The translations under genes and the position numbers were made by a program. Below the pieces are notes generated by a model. It saw only the letters and a program-made list of their open reading frames with translations. It made no database searches and was not told where the DNA came from. Below, in pieces: positions 27,201 to 39,393 of a stretch of DNA of 64,000 nucleotides. The stretch lies in assembly GCA_964304625.1 (NCBI GenBank), contig OZ199839.1, positions 9,593,979-9,657,978 on the forward strand. Reading direction: 5' to 3'. The DNA is from Kudoa neothunni (lineage: Eukaryota > Animalia > Cnidaria). The first letter of the stretch is position 1, and every line of letters starts with the position of its first letter.

Positions 27201-30200
27201 TATTTGCACATTTGAATGGATAGATGCAACATTCTCAAGTTCAAATCAATTCTTCTCGAACATTTGTGAAAACAAGGCTAACTGCCTTTATAGTATTTGT
27301 AGCGAAATCACTTTCGGAAATATACCAACCAACGTAAAAGCAGTTAAAATACGTGTCCTTAAATATGGAATGATCCCCATCATTGGTTACCAAAACAACA
27401 TTTATTTACGTAGTAATATAAATATTTTCATATAATAAGTTAATTTAGTTAAACATGGAAATGACACTTCTGCGGAAACTAACGGGCAAAATATCAAAAT
27501 TAATATTGTTGGCAACGATAAGGATGAAAATGGTCAACCCATCTCGGGATCATCGTCTGCAGTCACATGCTTATTGAAGATTTGGAATACTTATGCTCCA
27601 TTGGTTAGCGAAGTTAGAAGGAAAGACTGCAATCCTAATTCCTGCACATTCTCTGCGATAGACATAACACCAGCACCAACTAATTTACCTAACGATATCA
27701 TGGTAACCATAAACAACGTACATAATTATAAACCAAGAAAATATTTCTTTCATAAAATAAGTATTATTTGTAATAATTTATGATTTACCATATTGTTCTA
27801 AGCTCAATCAAATGATCTTTCAGCTCAAGAAATCTCAGTGACTTCCACTGCAGATGGATTCAAATTCACTCCTAGTTCTGCATCGTTACCAAACATATGC
27901 ACAATTTACGTAAAAGAAGAAGATTCTAAGAATGGATATTATCCAGCTATATGTTTAGAGAAAAAATTGTGCGTAAAAACGTGCAGGTCTTCTTTCACCA
28001 TTATTGGACTTTATTCTGGTGTCACGTACAGTATAAAAATAGTGCCGAGTGATAATTATAAAGTTAAAATAATCGAAAATCAGAAAACAAGTACAAAATA
28101 TCAATTAAAATTGAATAAATAATATATAGCTGGCGGGGACATTACATTTAAGATTTCAGATAAATCGAAGAAAAACCTACTTGTTATAGATTCTATTAAC
28201 GGTATTACAAATGCTGATTCTACAAATTGCCATTATCAATTATATAAACACGAAGGAAATAACAGTAATTACATTTATTATATTACAATATAATAACAAT
28301 TATTTTTATTTAGTTTCGCCGACCGAAATTGTGCAATCCTGTATTGGATGTACTACTGATGATTCAAATATCAAAAAATGCAATGATATTAATTTTCCGG
28401 ATAATTTATACAACAAAAAATTTAACTATCGGTTGATGATTTACGTAGAGGCAAAATCAAAGCCAGTTAAGATTGCTATTCCTGGTAAAATTATGGAATA
28501 ATATAAATTTAATAATTTTTTAAGCATTTTCCCGAAGTGGGAAACTCAAACAAGGATTAGCCACAAAAAAAGACAATGAGCAAGATAAATTCTCGATTTC
28601 ATTGGATCAATTTTCAACCGACACCAAATGTGCCGTAAAATTATCAAACTTTGATAACTCAGCGTTTGTAAAACCACCATGCGAATCGACCACGGATAAT
28701 GAGTTTTGCTTGATGAATTGCAATTCAAGAAATAATGAGATTGGACTCATCAACTCAAAAGTTGATCGATACGTATTGGTTTGTCATGGTTCAGATGATA
28801 ACGACGCCAAAAAATGCAAAAGAAAGAATGTTTTTTCAATTAAAATGGGTAATTACTAAGAATACCTAATAATTAATTTTAAAATATTGATTTTATTGGA
28901 TAGATTACAAACATAAACAAATGTATACGTTGAGTCATGCGGAAGGCAAAATCAAATTTTCCTATCAATCCACTTCAATGACAAATTGGGAGATCCAAGT
29001 TGATGGTAAAAATGATGAATTCAGCATTGTTAAAAAAAGTGACTTAAGTCTATCAGGTTATTCCGACACCGTGTCGACTAAGTCTGCTTCTTTCTCAATA
29101 GATAGATCCATAAGTTATTACAAAATTGATTCTTCAAATATGTGGCCAGGAATAATCTATTACCTCAATAATACATATTTGAATAGAACTATTCCTCTGA
29201 AGTCTGATATTATATTTTCCATTAGCGGAATTAATGGAAACCAAAAACAACTTAAAATAAATTTCTCACCTGGTCCATACAATTATGAAATGTGCCATAT
29301 AAAAGTATTCAATGTCGACGATGGGGGTGCAGACCAAGAAAATGTTATTTTGAATAAATATGGAGACGTTCAAGATGGTTGCTATCAACTTTGTCAAGAT
29401 AACATTATTAGTTTGGTGGAAGAATATGAAAAAGTTCGTGTAATCGTTACGAGAAGATTTGATAACAACAAATTTTCACAATACTTCAAAAGTAAACGAA
29501 TTTATCAGCCTTATATCATTAAGATTTTATAGGAAACGACAATGGCTTCACTTTAACTGAGATTACAAACTCAGGAGTGAAACTTAATGGACTTGATTCT
29601 TACAACGCTTTACAGTCTGATTCAAATGCTCCAGTGTGTACGATAAATATATATAAATTCAGTAATATTCCTAACGAAGCAAGGGCTAAATGTGAAAGCA
29701 TTGACTGTAACACTAATTGTGATGCTTCTTATTCCATTGATTCTTTGGAGGCTGGTTCGAGTTACGTGATTTCAGTAAAAATTACTAACATTGGTTTCAA
29801 TGGAAATTACATAAAGAAAGCAATATTCAGAACAAGTAGTTCTCATTTAATCTCCTCGACATCAAAATCAGTTTAGAAGAGGGTAGTGATTTATCTGATA
29901 ATAAGGCAAATGCGGAAATTAAAAATAGAACGGCTACAGTCACACCATTTCAGAATGAACACTCTTTACCAATTTGTAGAGTTTATCTCGAGAAACAGGG
30001 TGGAGCGGATAAAAAATATATGGCCACTTGTGAGGGATTGGGGATTTGCGAAAACAAATGCGACAGTGAGTTCCAAATAATTAACCTAGAATTAGGGATG
30101 ACCTATAATATGACCGTGGAACCATCTGATGGGAAGAAAGTTAAAACCTACAATATTACTACAGGTATGACAAACTGACCAGTTAAAAGAATATAGCCTA

Positions 30201-31060
30201 ATTTAGTGAGCGGAGAAACATCGGTTAGTTATTATTATAAGGACGACACTGAATTAAAAATTCGTGTGGATTTTCATGGGAAACAAAAGACTAATAGATG
30301 TCCATTCATATTGAAAGAGAAAGCGTCTGCTAATCAAGTTCCATCGACAATTACTTGGTGTAACGACGATGAGGACTGTTCAGCCAACGGATGTGACATC
30401 GATATTAGCAAATTATCAAAAGATAAAGATTATGTACTTGCAATAAAAGTAAAGGATTATTCTAACTATGAAAATTATGAAATTTTATGTAAATTAAATA
30501 TTTTATATATTGAAATCATTAAAATTTATTAATAAAATAGATTCAAAAATTGCAAAAACAACAGGGTAATAACTATTTAAAATGTTCGTTAATATTAAAT
30601 CTTTATTAGTAATAAATAAAAAAAACAAAATTACTCATTTTCTAATAGAAGAACAACAAATAAGAAGTGAACATGAGAACGTCGATGTAGACGATATTTT
30701 TCAAAAAGTTACAAAAATAGTTGAACAAAGGTAACTAAAAAATAGATTTTTTAAAATTATTCAATAATTTATGTTTAGTAAAATATTTATAGTTTAATTA
30801 TAAAACTATCTAATTATAACTAGATGGTAAGCAGAAACAAGAACATGCCGCTGCGAAGAATGTCAATTCGTATTTTTAAGTTAAATTATTTGTCTAACAT
30901 TTAAATAGGTCGATTGTCCCACACATGTAAATTTAAATATCCATTAGTTTTGAATTGTTTTAGCATTTATGCTCTGATACCAATCGTGGCTTCAATTTTT
31001 GTGGTTGTCGGCATAGCGGTTAACTCAAGACGTTCCAAAGATATTGCCTATGAACTATAA
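24250..31060 (+). CDS. Large single-pass (type I) cell-surface protein with ~15 Cys-rich/FN3-like modules (paralogue A)
   Basis: Hydrophobic N-terminus, then roughly one module per exon with phase-1 introns. FN3 tyrosine-corner motifs: NLDPKTTYKL, GLYSGVTYSI, SLEAGSSYVI, NLELGMTYNM, KLIPLTEYVI. Final exon IYALIPIVASIFVVVGIAV-NSRRSKDIAYEL* (TAA 31058-31060). Micro-exons between 30541 and 30927 are not fully resolved. Confidence 0.75.
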
Positions 31061-33255
31061 AACACAAAGATTGAATATTTAGATACTTTTTATATTATCA
31101 ATTTCAAATATATTTACAATTTCATTCTTTCCCTTTTTTAGTTTTAAAATAGACATGAGAAAAAAGATCCAAATATGTGTGGTTTCTAATAAAATTAGTA
31201 ATTTTATTTAACAATATAATAAATTTTGTTATTGAATAATTCCCTTTTGATAAAGGCAAAAGCCGACTCTAAGTTAGTTAAGCAAAAAAATAAATCCTAA
31301 TTTTTTAAAATATTAATTGATTATAGTATTGAAATATTATTAGTATCATATTTTCTTGTTCTATCATTCTTAATGAAATTATGGCAGTCAGCCAAAACAA
31401 TTGACCCATATTTATTATGAAATTATTATTGTTGATGGGAAAAGTTGAAAATGATTAGAAAAATCTATGCAGATTTAAAAATAGATGTTTCGCCTGAATT
31501 TAATTCAAATATAGCGAAATCGTAGCTATGGGTAGATAGGCGTAAAATTAAAGGTATTGGTGATGCCTGCGTAAAACTGTTGTTTAAAATAAACCAATAA
31601 AAAGTGATACAGTTCAATTAGGGTAGTTTTTGTTTTATCTAGTCAGATACTTGAAAGTATGAAGATTAACTCTCGAAAATAATATCATAGGGATAAAATA
31701 GTGGAAATACATAAAAAAATCATACAAGAAAACATTATCCACCGACCAACACACTGATTTCGATTGTTATCATTATTTTTCTGGAAAACTACCTCTTTTT
31801 GTCAAATATTTAATTGGAAAGTTTATCAATGTGTTGTATAATACCGGGATATTAAAATTTATCTTTCCGTAATTTTCATACATTCAAACAGACCCAACAC
31901 TTAATTCTAAGCTGAATACGTATCTTAAAAGATATTGAAGAGCTCGTCCCCTTTTTCGAGGTAAATTCAATAAAAAACGTGTCTTACAGCAAGGAAATCC
32001 AATTATTTTTTATTTTAATATGTAGAATTATTTTAAAATAATTTCAGATAATAACAAATTATTTTTTCTGATTAAATCAGGTTTATTTTGTGGGTAAACT
32101 AAAGATAAGATGCTTAAAATTCGAAATGAAACAACTAAATTCAAAATTATCGTTGGATACACAATGAGTAAATTTAGATTTCTGTAATTATATACATTTT
32201 TTTCTTTTCTTGATGATTTAGTAGAAAATTTACCTGTTTATGGATAATGCGACCGCTAATAATCAGGGGTTGCTTGATGAGGGTGGTTCGTAGACGTTTT
32301 CGTACATTAATGCAACAATGCGTAATCAAAACCTGAACCATTAAGTAAATAATGAACTTGCAATAACATACACGAAGATTTTTAAATCTTATGTATAAAA
32401 TTAAGTGGTAATTATGATGACAAAAATCTAAAAGTATTTCCATCGCTAGTTGTTTTTGGCGTTATTTTAATAAGCATCCATGATTATTAAAATAACGCTG
32501 CGGAAATACATTTTAAAAAAATTAACACGCGATTCTGATATTTTCAGTATGTTTTTACACTACATATGACAGTTATTATAGGCAGACACTTTGTATATTT
32601 ATTAATGTCATTTGTTGACGTTCGTAATTTTTATGTTCTCTGAATATCAAGATAAAAATTTTATCTTAAATTGAATTATCTTTTTAAAAATTTACAACTT
32701 TAATTTGATTTTAATTAAAAATATAAAAGTGATAATTAAATCCATTTTTTAATTTTTAAGTGGTTGGTAAAAATGTTAACGATCAGGTGAAAAATTATCT
32801 GAAGTTACCATGGCTTGTACTGAATTAATGGAATTTAAAAATTAGAGGGACAATAAATATAGTTCAATAATTAAGAACAGGAATGGAAATTTATTTTTGT
32901 GCTGACGAACCTGTTTGAAACAGTGTGAACACTAGTTGGATTTAACTCTCTACATAAAAATAGGTTTCCGTACGTTTGGGAGACTCAAGTTTTATAATTT
33001 TATTGAGTCTTTCATTACTGATATGTGTGATATACTCTATGACATAAAAATGCCATCATATATGTGATAGATTATCAAGTTAGATTAAGTTTCATCCAAT
33101 AAGCATAAATTTTGGAAAAAGTTATAATGAAAACTTGTGAAATCGGCAACACAAATATTTAAGTTAATATACTATGTAAAAAGTGGGAAAACACATAATG
33201 ATCAAATTATAATAACAACAGAATTAAAATCAGTACATTTATCCAACTAGAGATG

Positions 33256-36200
33256 TTAGGAGGTATTGGCTGATTTTATTGCGGCTATTTCCCTCTCCTA
33301 AATGAAATTAAAGAATAATTGTTTACATTATCATGTAATACAGTTCCATAATGGTAATAATGAGGAGCAAGCTCAACTAACCAAAGCGGGTCAATCTAGG
33401 TTGTTACGAAAACTATAAAAATTTCAATAAATAATAAAAATACCACGGTGATATCTCGCATGTAATCTTTGTTAGAAGTGATAACTTGGTTGTAAATAAC
33501 CCTACATACAATTAATTAATATGTATACAATTGATATATTGAGTTTTATTTATTGGCAAAAAAATGTAGTACCAAGGAGGAGGTACGTCATAACAAAGTA
33601 CACTTAGCGGATGGATGTGCAAGGGGGTGTTAGAAGATAGGGTTCTATTTGAGGGTGAAAAGTGTCAAATTGATAAACAAAAATCACCTATACTCTCCAT
33701 TTGGAGTGTACTTAGCAACACATGAGAAGAATCCAGCAGTTAAACATCTTCTGACAGCAATATCATCATCTAATTAAGGCCACATTTATACGGGAGCATT
33801 TATAAAATCGTCAAACCTTCACAAGAAATAATTGGGATTTGGTACTTTTTGAGCAGTTTAACTAGACTATTTCTAATTTGATGTGCATGCAACAACGCTA
33901 CGGAAAATAGGAATTTTAAATGCAGAGTTTAGATTAGAATTCGCCCAAACCTTTATAATTGATGTAGTTTCTTTTACACCATTGTTGATCCTTGCCTTTC
34001 TATCCGACCATTTTAAAATATATAATAAAGTGTAAATATTTATACCGATATAAACGTACGATAGATATTGATGTAAGTCAAATGATCCCCTTGTTTAACA
34101 GCAAATCTCATTCTAGCTTTCTCCTAAAGTCATAAAATAGAAACATATTAGAAAAATTTTAAAGAATTGATTTTATTAATTAACAAATATTAAACAATAC
34201 AGCTTCTCTTTTTCGATTAGGAAGAATATAGTAGATATTTTCGAGTTGAAGCATCGCAGCAATGGTGACAATTTCCTCGGAACATCCAAATTCAGCAGAG
34301 GAGAATAGCATTTTGGAAATCATAGGTTCGAGAGGAAACTCAGCCACATTAACTCCAACTGTAGAAGTTAGATGGCATTTATCGTCAATGACTAAACAAA
34401 CTCATTCTAACACCATAACATAAACTATACTATTTAAAGAATAAAGAATTTGCAATCCGGACGCCATTAATTTTGCACTTGGAGCCTAACATACAGATAT
34501 AAAATGTAAACATTGGAAAAACGCACAGAAACAAAGCCAAAAGTGAGGATTTTATCGATACCAAGAGATTTCAACAGTAATATAACAGGAGCCATATCAC
34601 ATCTGTCCAATTAGATCCAATATATACTTTACATCTAAGTGAAATATACGTTAAATATTACCTTTGTATTTCTGGGATTGAACTGTTGTTGAGGCGGTTA
34701 TAATACTCCTCTGTGTATAGACGATACGCCTTGCCTGTGAGAAATTCAGTTGGCTATATTTTAGGAAAATCACAATAAACTACACACCTGGCCTAACACG
34801 ACCAGCTCTTCCACATCGTTGATCCGCTGAATCTTTTGAGATGGCAGCAGTGATAAGCATATCTAAAAACGTTGTATTAAAAATATTATATAAGGAATAG
34901 ATAATACTTATTTTTTTGTCACAATCATAAAAGGTCATTTTAGAGAGTCCGCAATCCACAACTTACAAAATTTTAAAATTCAACAGTGATAATTAAACAC
35001 TCACTGTAGACAACGTTTGGAATGGTGATTGAAGTTTCGGCAATATTTGTCGAAAAAATTATCTACAATTGCCATGTATATTAAATAATAACAAAAATAA
35101 ATCCAAATTAACAAACTTTTCGTTTTCCAACAGGAGCAGGTTGAAAAACTTTTAACTAAAAAATTTTAGTAGATTTCGCCGAGCAAGAATAGTCAGTGAC
35201 GCACCTGTTCTTGGATAGACAATGAACTATACATTGGCAGAGGTAGAATGGTTTCATTGGTAATGCTCTTAGTATCAGATTGTTCCCTAGAAACGAGAAT
35301 AAAACTATCCAGCTAATTAACAATTCAATACATCATCAAAGAAAGAGCATGTTCGATTTGATCCTGGCCGGTTAGGAAAACTAGAATGTCCCCCGATTTT
35401 TCTTGTTTATGGATTCGAAGACTAGTTTCATATGCACAGCTAACATAATCGGGAGTAGGTCTTAGAAATTGTTGTATATATGATTAAAAAAAAAACTGGA
35501 AAGTTACGATTTAAGATAGAAAACGTCAACAGGATATAGACGACCTTCAATGGACAATACATAGCTTGTCGAACTTCTTGTTGAATTACTCGTGCTATTA
35601 TAAAATTTCAATCTTAATAATTAAGAAAAAAATAGAAACTTTTTAGCACTCTTAGATAGATCGAAGAAGTCAGCAATCTTTTGAGGGTCCATGGTAGCCG
35701 AAGAAATAATAACACGAAGTTCAGGTCGTTTCATTAGAATTTTCTTCAGCAACCCCATAATAACGTCAGTATTGATGGAACGTTCGTGAACCTCATCAAG
35801 AACTATCAAACTATATTTATTAGTGATGAATTTGTTACAATAAAAACATACCTATAAGACGAGAGCAATGGATCGTACATCATTTCTCTGATAAGATGGC
35901 CATCCGTTACAAACTAGCGCAAAAAATAATAAATTATTTTTATTAATCATTTATAAATATTCTAACGAGAAATAATTAAATTATTGTTATTTCAGACAAA
36001 GTAAATAGATTTTTATTATAAAAAATGAGTAAAAATATATATAAATTTTTATAATTAAAAAGAATTAGTATAAAAAATATTTGTGATATTTAAAATATTT
36101 TTAGTGAATTGATTGTAAGCCGAGTAAATTATAAAGTTATAAAAATGCAATCAATATTATAAAACCAGATTTTATATAATCCAAATTGGTACTGTTTCTA

Positions 36201-38269
36201 TTTGTATTAAAAATTAAACTGGGAATTTAATTAATTTATTAAGAGAGAAAAAATGTTAGTTTTCTAACGACATTTGTATTCTTTCAGTAATGTTTAAGAT
36301 ATTTTCAAGAGAATTCAACGGTTTCTAATGATCATTAATAACTTTAATCACCAACTAACATTCAAAATTAACAGATATATTATCATTAATTCAGTGTATA
36401 AAGTATATATAATAAAAATTGATGAATATTTCTCTAAATTTAAAAGATTACGATAAAAATTCCTTTTAAAAATAAAAAACTAAAAATAAAATAATCACAT
36501 AGAAAGCATAAATATTTGTTAAACATCCTAATTGAAATTTTCTCAAATTCCGTAACTCTACAATAAAAAAATAATAAGTTATCATTAAATATTGGTGTAT
36601 AGTACTTGGCCAAAATTTATTATAATTTAACATTTAATCAGAATAAATATATTCAAAACAATTGAGATGAAAATTTGACGTATATAATAAATTAAAAATA
36701 ATTTTATTGTTTACTTATATTATCAAATAGTGAGCGAAAAATAGGGAAAATTTATGAAAAACATATTTAACAATATTTACTCGATAAACGTAATTAATCA
36801 TAATTTAATCTCATTGATAGACTACTTTTTATTAAAAAAAATATTTAATAGGAAAAAAGATGTTTTCAACAAATTGAATATTTTTTAAATCATAAAATAA
36901 TCAATAGAATTTTTAATTCTAACCATTTTTCTTAATATTAAAATTAACATTAATCTAATAAATAGATCTACCTTTAATTTTGATTGATTTAATTTTGATT
37001 GATTTAATTTTGATTGATTTAATTTTGATTGATTTAATTTTGATTGATTTAATTCTTGAAGGTTATTCTAATCATAATAATAATAATAATTAATAATAAT
37101 AAATTCTAAAAAAATTGATAATTGTTTTATAATTAACAATTAAATATTTTTTGGATTTATATATAAATATTCAAATAAGATCAAAGTGACCAAAAATGTA
37201 ATGTCCACTATATAATCTTCAACCTGATGCCTAAGATTTGGATGAAAACTAGCTACTGATAGACTTCGAGTCTATGCGTGCGCACAAAACAATTAGATGA
37301 TTGTGATGCTAAAAATTCAAATTTTCAAAAATTCCCATGTGTCATATATGTCATAATCAAAGAAAAAAATGATAAAAATTATTTATATTTATTTATTTTA
37401 TATGTGAGGAATTATAATAATTCAAGAAAAAATAATAAACGGAAAATTGATCGAACTTCTTTAGAAAATAATACAGATTTTGCGAAGAGACATTTCAACA
37501 ATTGAATAATGTTCGATGGAGGAATAAAAAGTAATATTTTCAACTAAAACCAAAGTTATTTTAAAACTTATGAAAATCTCTCAACAATATTATTTAGAAG
37601 AAATAGCAGAAAATTAAGCAAATAATTTGATTAGTGATATAAAATTAGTATTATAGAGTATTTAGAATGTGTGTACATTTATTCGCACGCACTTTTCTTA
37701 ATATTTGTACAGGATTTGCATAAAGCACAAAATTTACGCAGAATATTTATTCATTTAATTGAAAATTTTTATCTTTAATAGAAAATTAATAAAAAATCTT
37801 AAAATATATATATCAATAAACTATGCGCAGAATTAATGCAAATTTAAACAGAATAATATTTTAACATTTTTTAATAAAATTAATACCTACATAAAGATTT
37901 TACACAAAAATATACAATAATTATCAGAATATGAGGTTGGACGCTTCAATTTCAAAAATCCTTTGAAAAATTACTCAATATTCGCGCAAATATCGAGATT
38001 TAATATTACTTGGATTATTCAATATTTGTATGCCACAAGTTGTTTCAGTAGAAGAGATTTAATTTACGAAAAGCGTGCGCCAGTAATTTATCGTATAATT
38101 ACAAGAAAATCTCGAAATTCCAATAAAAATACTTTACATACTAACCAAAACTTTGATACAAAATTTAAAATAATAATTTCAAAAATTAAGCAAACATAAT
38201 TGAAAAATCAGTTTTATTCTCAAAAATAAATAATAAAATAATTTTATTTAAATAAGAATTGTCCTAATT

Positions 38270-38318
<49 letters not shown>

Positions 38319-39229
38319 TGAGTTAAATTAATGTGAAAGTATATTCACATATTTTCGCGCAAGCGTAATTCGTACAAATTAATCAAAAATATTAATTTTT
38401 GCAAAAAATGAACATATAAAATCAATATTAAATTCATAAATAGAGTATTTACAATATTTTTAGCTTAATACAAAATTTTACAGAAATCAAAAAAATCGAT
38501 ATTCAGATAGATATAGATAGTCAGATAATCAATAATGAGAATTTAATACTTTAATTTTAGTCTTTTCTGGCGAGAAATTTTCTTCGAATCGCATTGCATA
38601 TCCTACCACAGTCCCCAGCGCTGTATTCAACTCATCAGAAACTCTCTGCGCCACCTTAATTAAAATTAAAAATTTTCGATAAATCACGAACAAGCACTAC
38701 CGATATGGCAGCTATACGTCTGGGCTGAGTGACCCCGATCATATATCCTTTCTCTGCCCAACCCGCATGATAAAGATACTAACTTATATGATTTCAATTG
38801 AACCACTTCAAACCATTACCTGTGGTATTTGTGTGGTTTTTCCACTCCCAGTTCTCCCAACACCACCAAAGTTTGATAATGATCCAGCAAATACAACAAA
38901 CTTTCCTTGTACTAAATTATAAAAAATATATTCACTAAATTGGACTTAACTGATAATATTTCTTGTACTTTAAAAACTGGCAAACATTTCTGTTGTTTCT
39001 CTATTGGTAAGTTTATTTTGGAGTTGAAAAATATCGCCGATCCTGCTCCTTCAACTCCATCCGATTTCTCCAACCTGTATTTGGTTGAATTGGCCGAATG
39101 TTGGTGTTGACCTTTCAGCGAAATAATTCAAATTTATTATTTTAATCAACGAATTAATTAGCGTACGCACTAATGAATCATACCTGGTTTAAGAAAAACG
39201 TGTTGATTTGATTTTGAATTAGTTCCCAT
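33256..39229 (-). CDS. DHX35: DEAH-box RNA helicase DHX35 (multi-exon)
   Basis: Spliced product [42 protein letters not shown](T)[89 protein letters not shown]. The short F.KPG N-terminus and the GW motif fit DHX35. One apparent 1-nt deletion at 38852-38853; 2.6-kb intron at 35914-38549. Confidence 0.88.
36973..37054. repeat. Minisatellite (TTTAATTTTGATTGA) x ~5.5 in the DHX35 long intron
   Basis: Five perfect 15-bp units plus a partial unit, read directly from the sequence. Confidence 0.9.
38273..38312. repeat. (AT)20 microsatellite in the DHX35 long intron
   Basis: Direct read. Confidence 0.95.
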
Positions 39230-39393
39230 AACAATATGAATATGAATGTGAATGTGAATGTGAATACTAATACTAATACGAATATAAAGTGGTAAATAAT
39301 ACACCAAATATCCTTAGGGTTCGGTGAGATATTTATCTGGTTTACCTTGACACGCATGCGTGATTATAGTCATTTATTTCTGGGGTGAATTCG
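39230..39393. promoter_or_regulatory. 164-bp bidirectional promoter shared by DHX35 and PFDN1
   Basis: Divergent ATGs at 39229(-) and 39394(+). Contains the perfect palindrome CACGCATGCGTG (39351-39362) and a hexamer array AAT(A/G)NN x9 (39233-39286). Confidence 0.7.

Noticed and set aside
31400-32443. Possible small minus-strand gene (ORF 32174-32443 and nearby open stretches)
   Set aside because: No coherent exon chain or recognisable homology could be established by eye.
36973-37054. CRISPR-like array
   Set aside because: Head-to-tail 15-bp units without spacers in a eukaryotic intron, and no cas genes.
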